Shown here: piece after piece, positions 49,743 to 50,526 of the stretch | Numbering within the stretch: the first letter of the stretch is position 1 | How the letters are laid out: each line of letters begins with the position of its first letter | Assembly (NCBI GenBank): GCA_944320495.1 | Contig: CALUHR010000014.1 | Span: 1-50,526 of the forward strand | DNA length: 50,526 nucleotides | Source of the DNA: Candidatus Methanomethylophilaceae archaeon | GTDB lineage: Archaea; Thermoplasmatota; Thermoplasmata; Methanomassiliicoccales; Methanomethylophilaceae | Direction of reading: 5' to 3' | Made by a program: the position numbers and the translations under genes | Notes under the pieces: generated by a model | The model's input: the letters and a program-made list of their open reading frames with translations, nothing else | Database searches by the model: none | What the model was told of the DNA's origin: nothing

Positions 49743-49821
49743 TGTCATCCACGCTCCATCGTCCACTCGTCGCCCTAAGCGCGCGTTAAATACGATAAAA
49801 CCATCCCCATCCACGATACAA

Positions 49822-50526
49822 ATGGTAGACGAGAAGGCCATCCAGGCGGCGCAGGAGAAATTCGGCGCCCTCGTTAGGAAGCAGCTCGAGAGGGTCGAGG
49901 CCCTCAAGGCCGAGGAGGGTCCCGTGGACTACTCCAAGCTCGACAAGCTCATCATCGGCGTCTGCGGAGGTGACGGGATCGGCCCCTACATCTGCGCATC
50001 AGCCCAGAAGGTCATGGAGTTCCTCCTGGCCGACAAGATCGCCGCCGGCAAGGTGGAGGTCAGGCAGATCGACGGCCTCACCATCGAGAGGCGCGCCGAG
50101 GTCATGAAGGCCATCCCCGACGACACCCTCGCCGAGCTCAAGAAGTGCCATGTGATCCTCAAGGGTCCGACCACCACCCCCGCCAAGGGAGACCCCTGGC
50201 CGAACATCGAGTCCGCGAACGTCGCCATGAGGAAGGAGCTCGACCTCTTCGCCAACGTCCGCCCCGTCAGCGTCCCGGAGCTCGGCATCGACTGGACCTT
50301 CTTCAGGGAGAACACCGAGGGTTCCTACGCGCTCGGAAGCGACGGGTTCTTCGTCACCGACGACCTGGCCATGGACTTCTGCGTCGCCACCCACCAGGGT
50401 ACCGAGAGGATCATCCGCGCCGGTTTCGAGCACGCGAAGAAGACAGGCAAGAACTACGTCTCGATCATCGTCAAGGCGAACATCATCAAGACCACCGACG
50501 GACTGTTCGTCGACCTTGCGGACAGG
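49822..50526 (+). CDS. Isocitrate/isopropylmalate dehydrogenase family protein (5' part; runs off the window end)
   Basis: GDGIGP, ILKGPTTTP, MRKELDLFANVRPV, FRENTEG and KANIIKTTDGLF motifs. Absent from the ORF track because it is truncated. Confidence 0.9.
   Translation, partial: MVDEKAIQAAQEKFGALVRKQLERVEALKAEEGPVDYSKLDKLIIGVCGGDGIGPYICASAQKVMEFLLADKIAAGKVEVRQIDGLTIERRAEVMKAIPDDTLAELKKCHVILKGPTTTPAKGDPWPNIESANVAMRKELDLFANVRPVSVPELGIDWTFFRENTEGSYALGSDGFFVTDDLAMDFCVATHQGTERIIRAGFEHAKKTGKNYVSIIVKANIIKTTDGLFVDLADR

Noticed and set aside
756-49907. Many long alternative-frame and antisense ORFs (for example 10705..13947, 16124..17941, 37049..38968, 44830..46902)
   Set aside because: Shadow ORFs expected from high GC3 codon bias; they have low-complexity R/G/P/V-rich translations with no family motifs.
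1-50526. CRISPR array, rRNA or IS transposase
   Set aside because: No regularly spaced repeat-spacer array, rRNA-like segment or transposase motif found.

Overview
GC-rich chromosomal window from an archaeon that the gene set and protein styles suggest is a gut or rumen Methanomassiliicoccales (Thermoplasmata). Core genes: MBL hydrolase, tsaC, map, tRNA-Leu(CAA), rps13-rps4-rps11-rpoD, PolD large subunit, NOG1-like GTPase, a tetraether synthase-ferredoxin-GGR lipid operon, mvk, topoisomerase VI and an isocitrate/isopropylmalate dehydrogenase-family gene. An accessory region (about 21.6-41 kb) holds an AT-rich Mza-like defence island (MORC/MutL, Z1, DUF4420, AIPR, plus Vsr, a C5-methyltransferase, a stand-alone SRA-like domain and an HNH nuclease), a HelD-like helicase, bacterial-type htpG and an AlbA-HATPase gene. 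Main discovery: CGA behaves like a stop codon. Reading the Arg codons of about 42 credible genes (about 15,000 codons) by eye, I found no internal CGA, although AGG, CGC, CGT, AGA and CGG are all used. In 10 of 41 complete genes the first in-frame CGA falls at or near the expected end of the protein. These include the essential PolD DP2 gene, where a CGATCG palindrome terminates two convergent genes. No gene ends in TAG, which fits pyrrolysine use of UAG in this order. The working hypothesis is a non-standard genetic code with CGA = stop. Alternatives are C-to-U mRNA editing, an unassigned codon resolved by ribosome rescue, or consensus error. CDS ends below are given at the CGA where applicable, with the standard-code end in the evidence.
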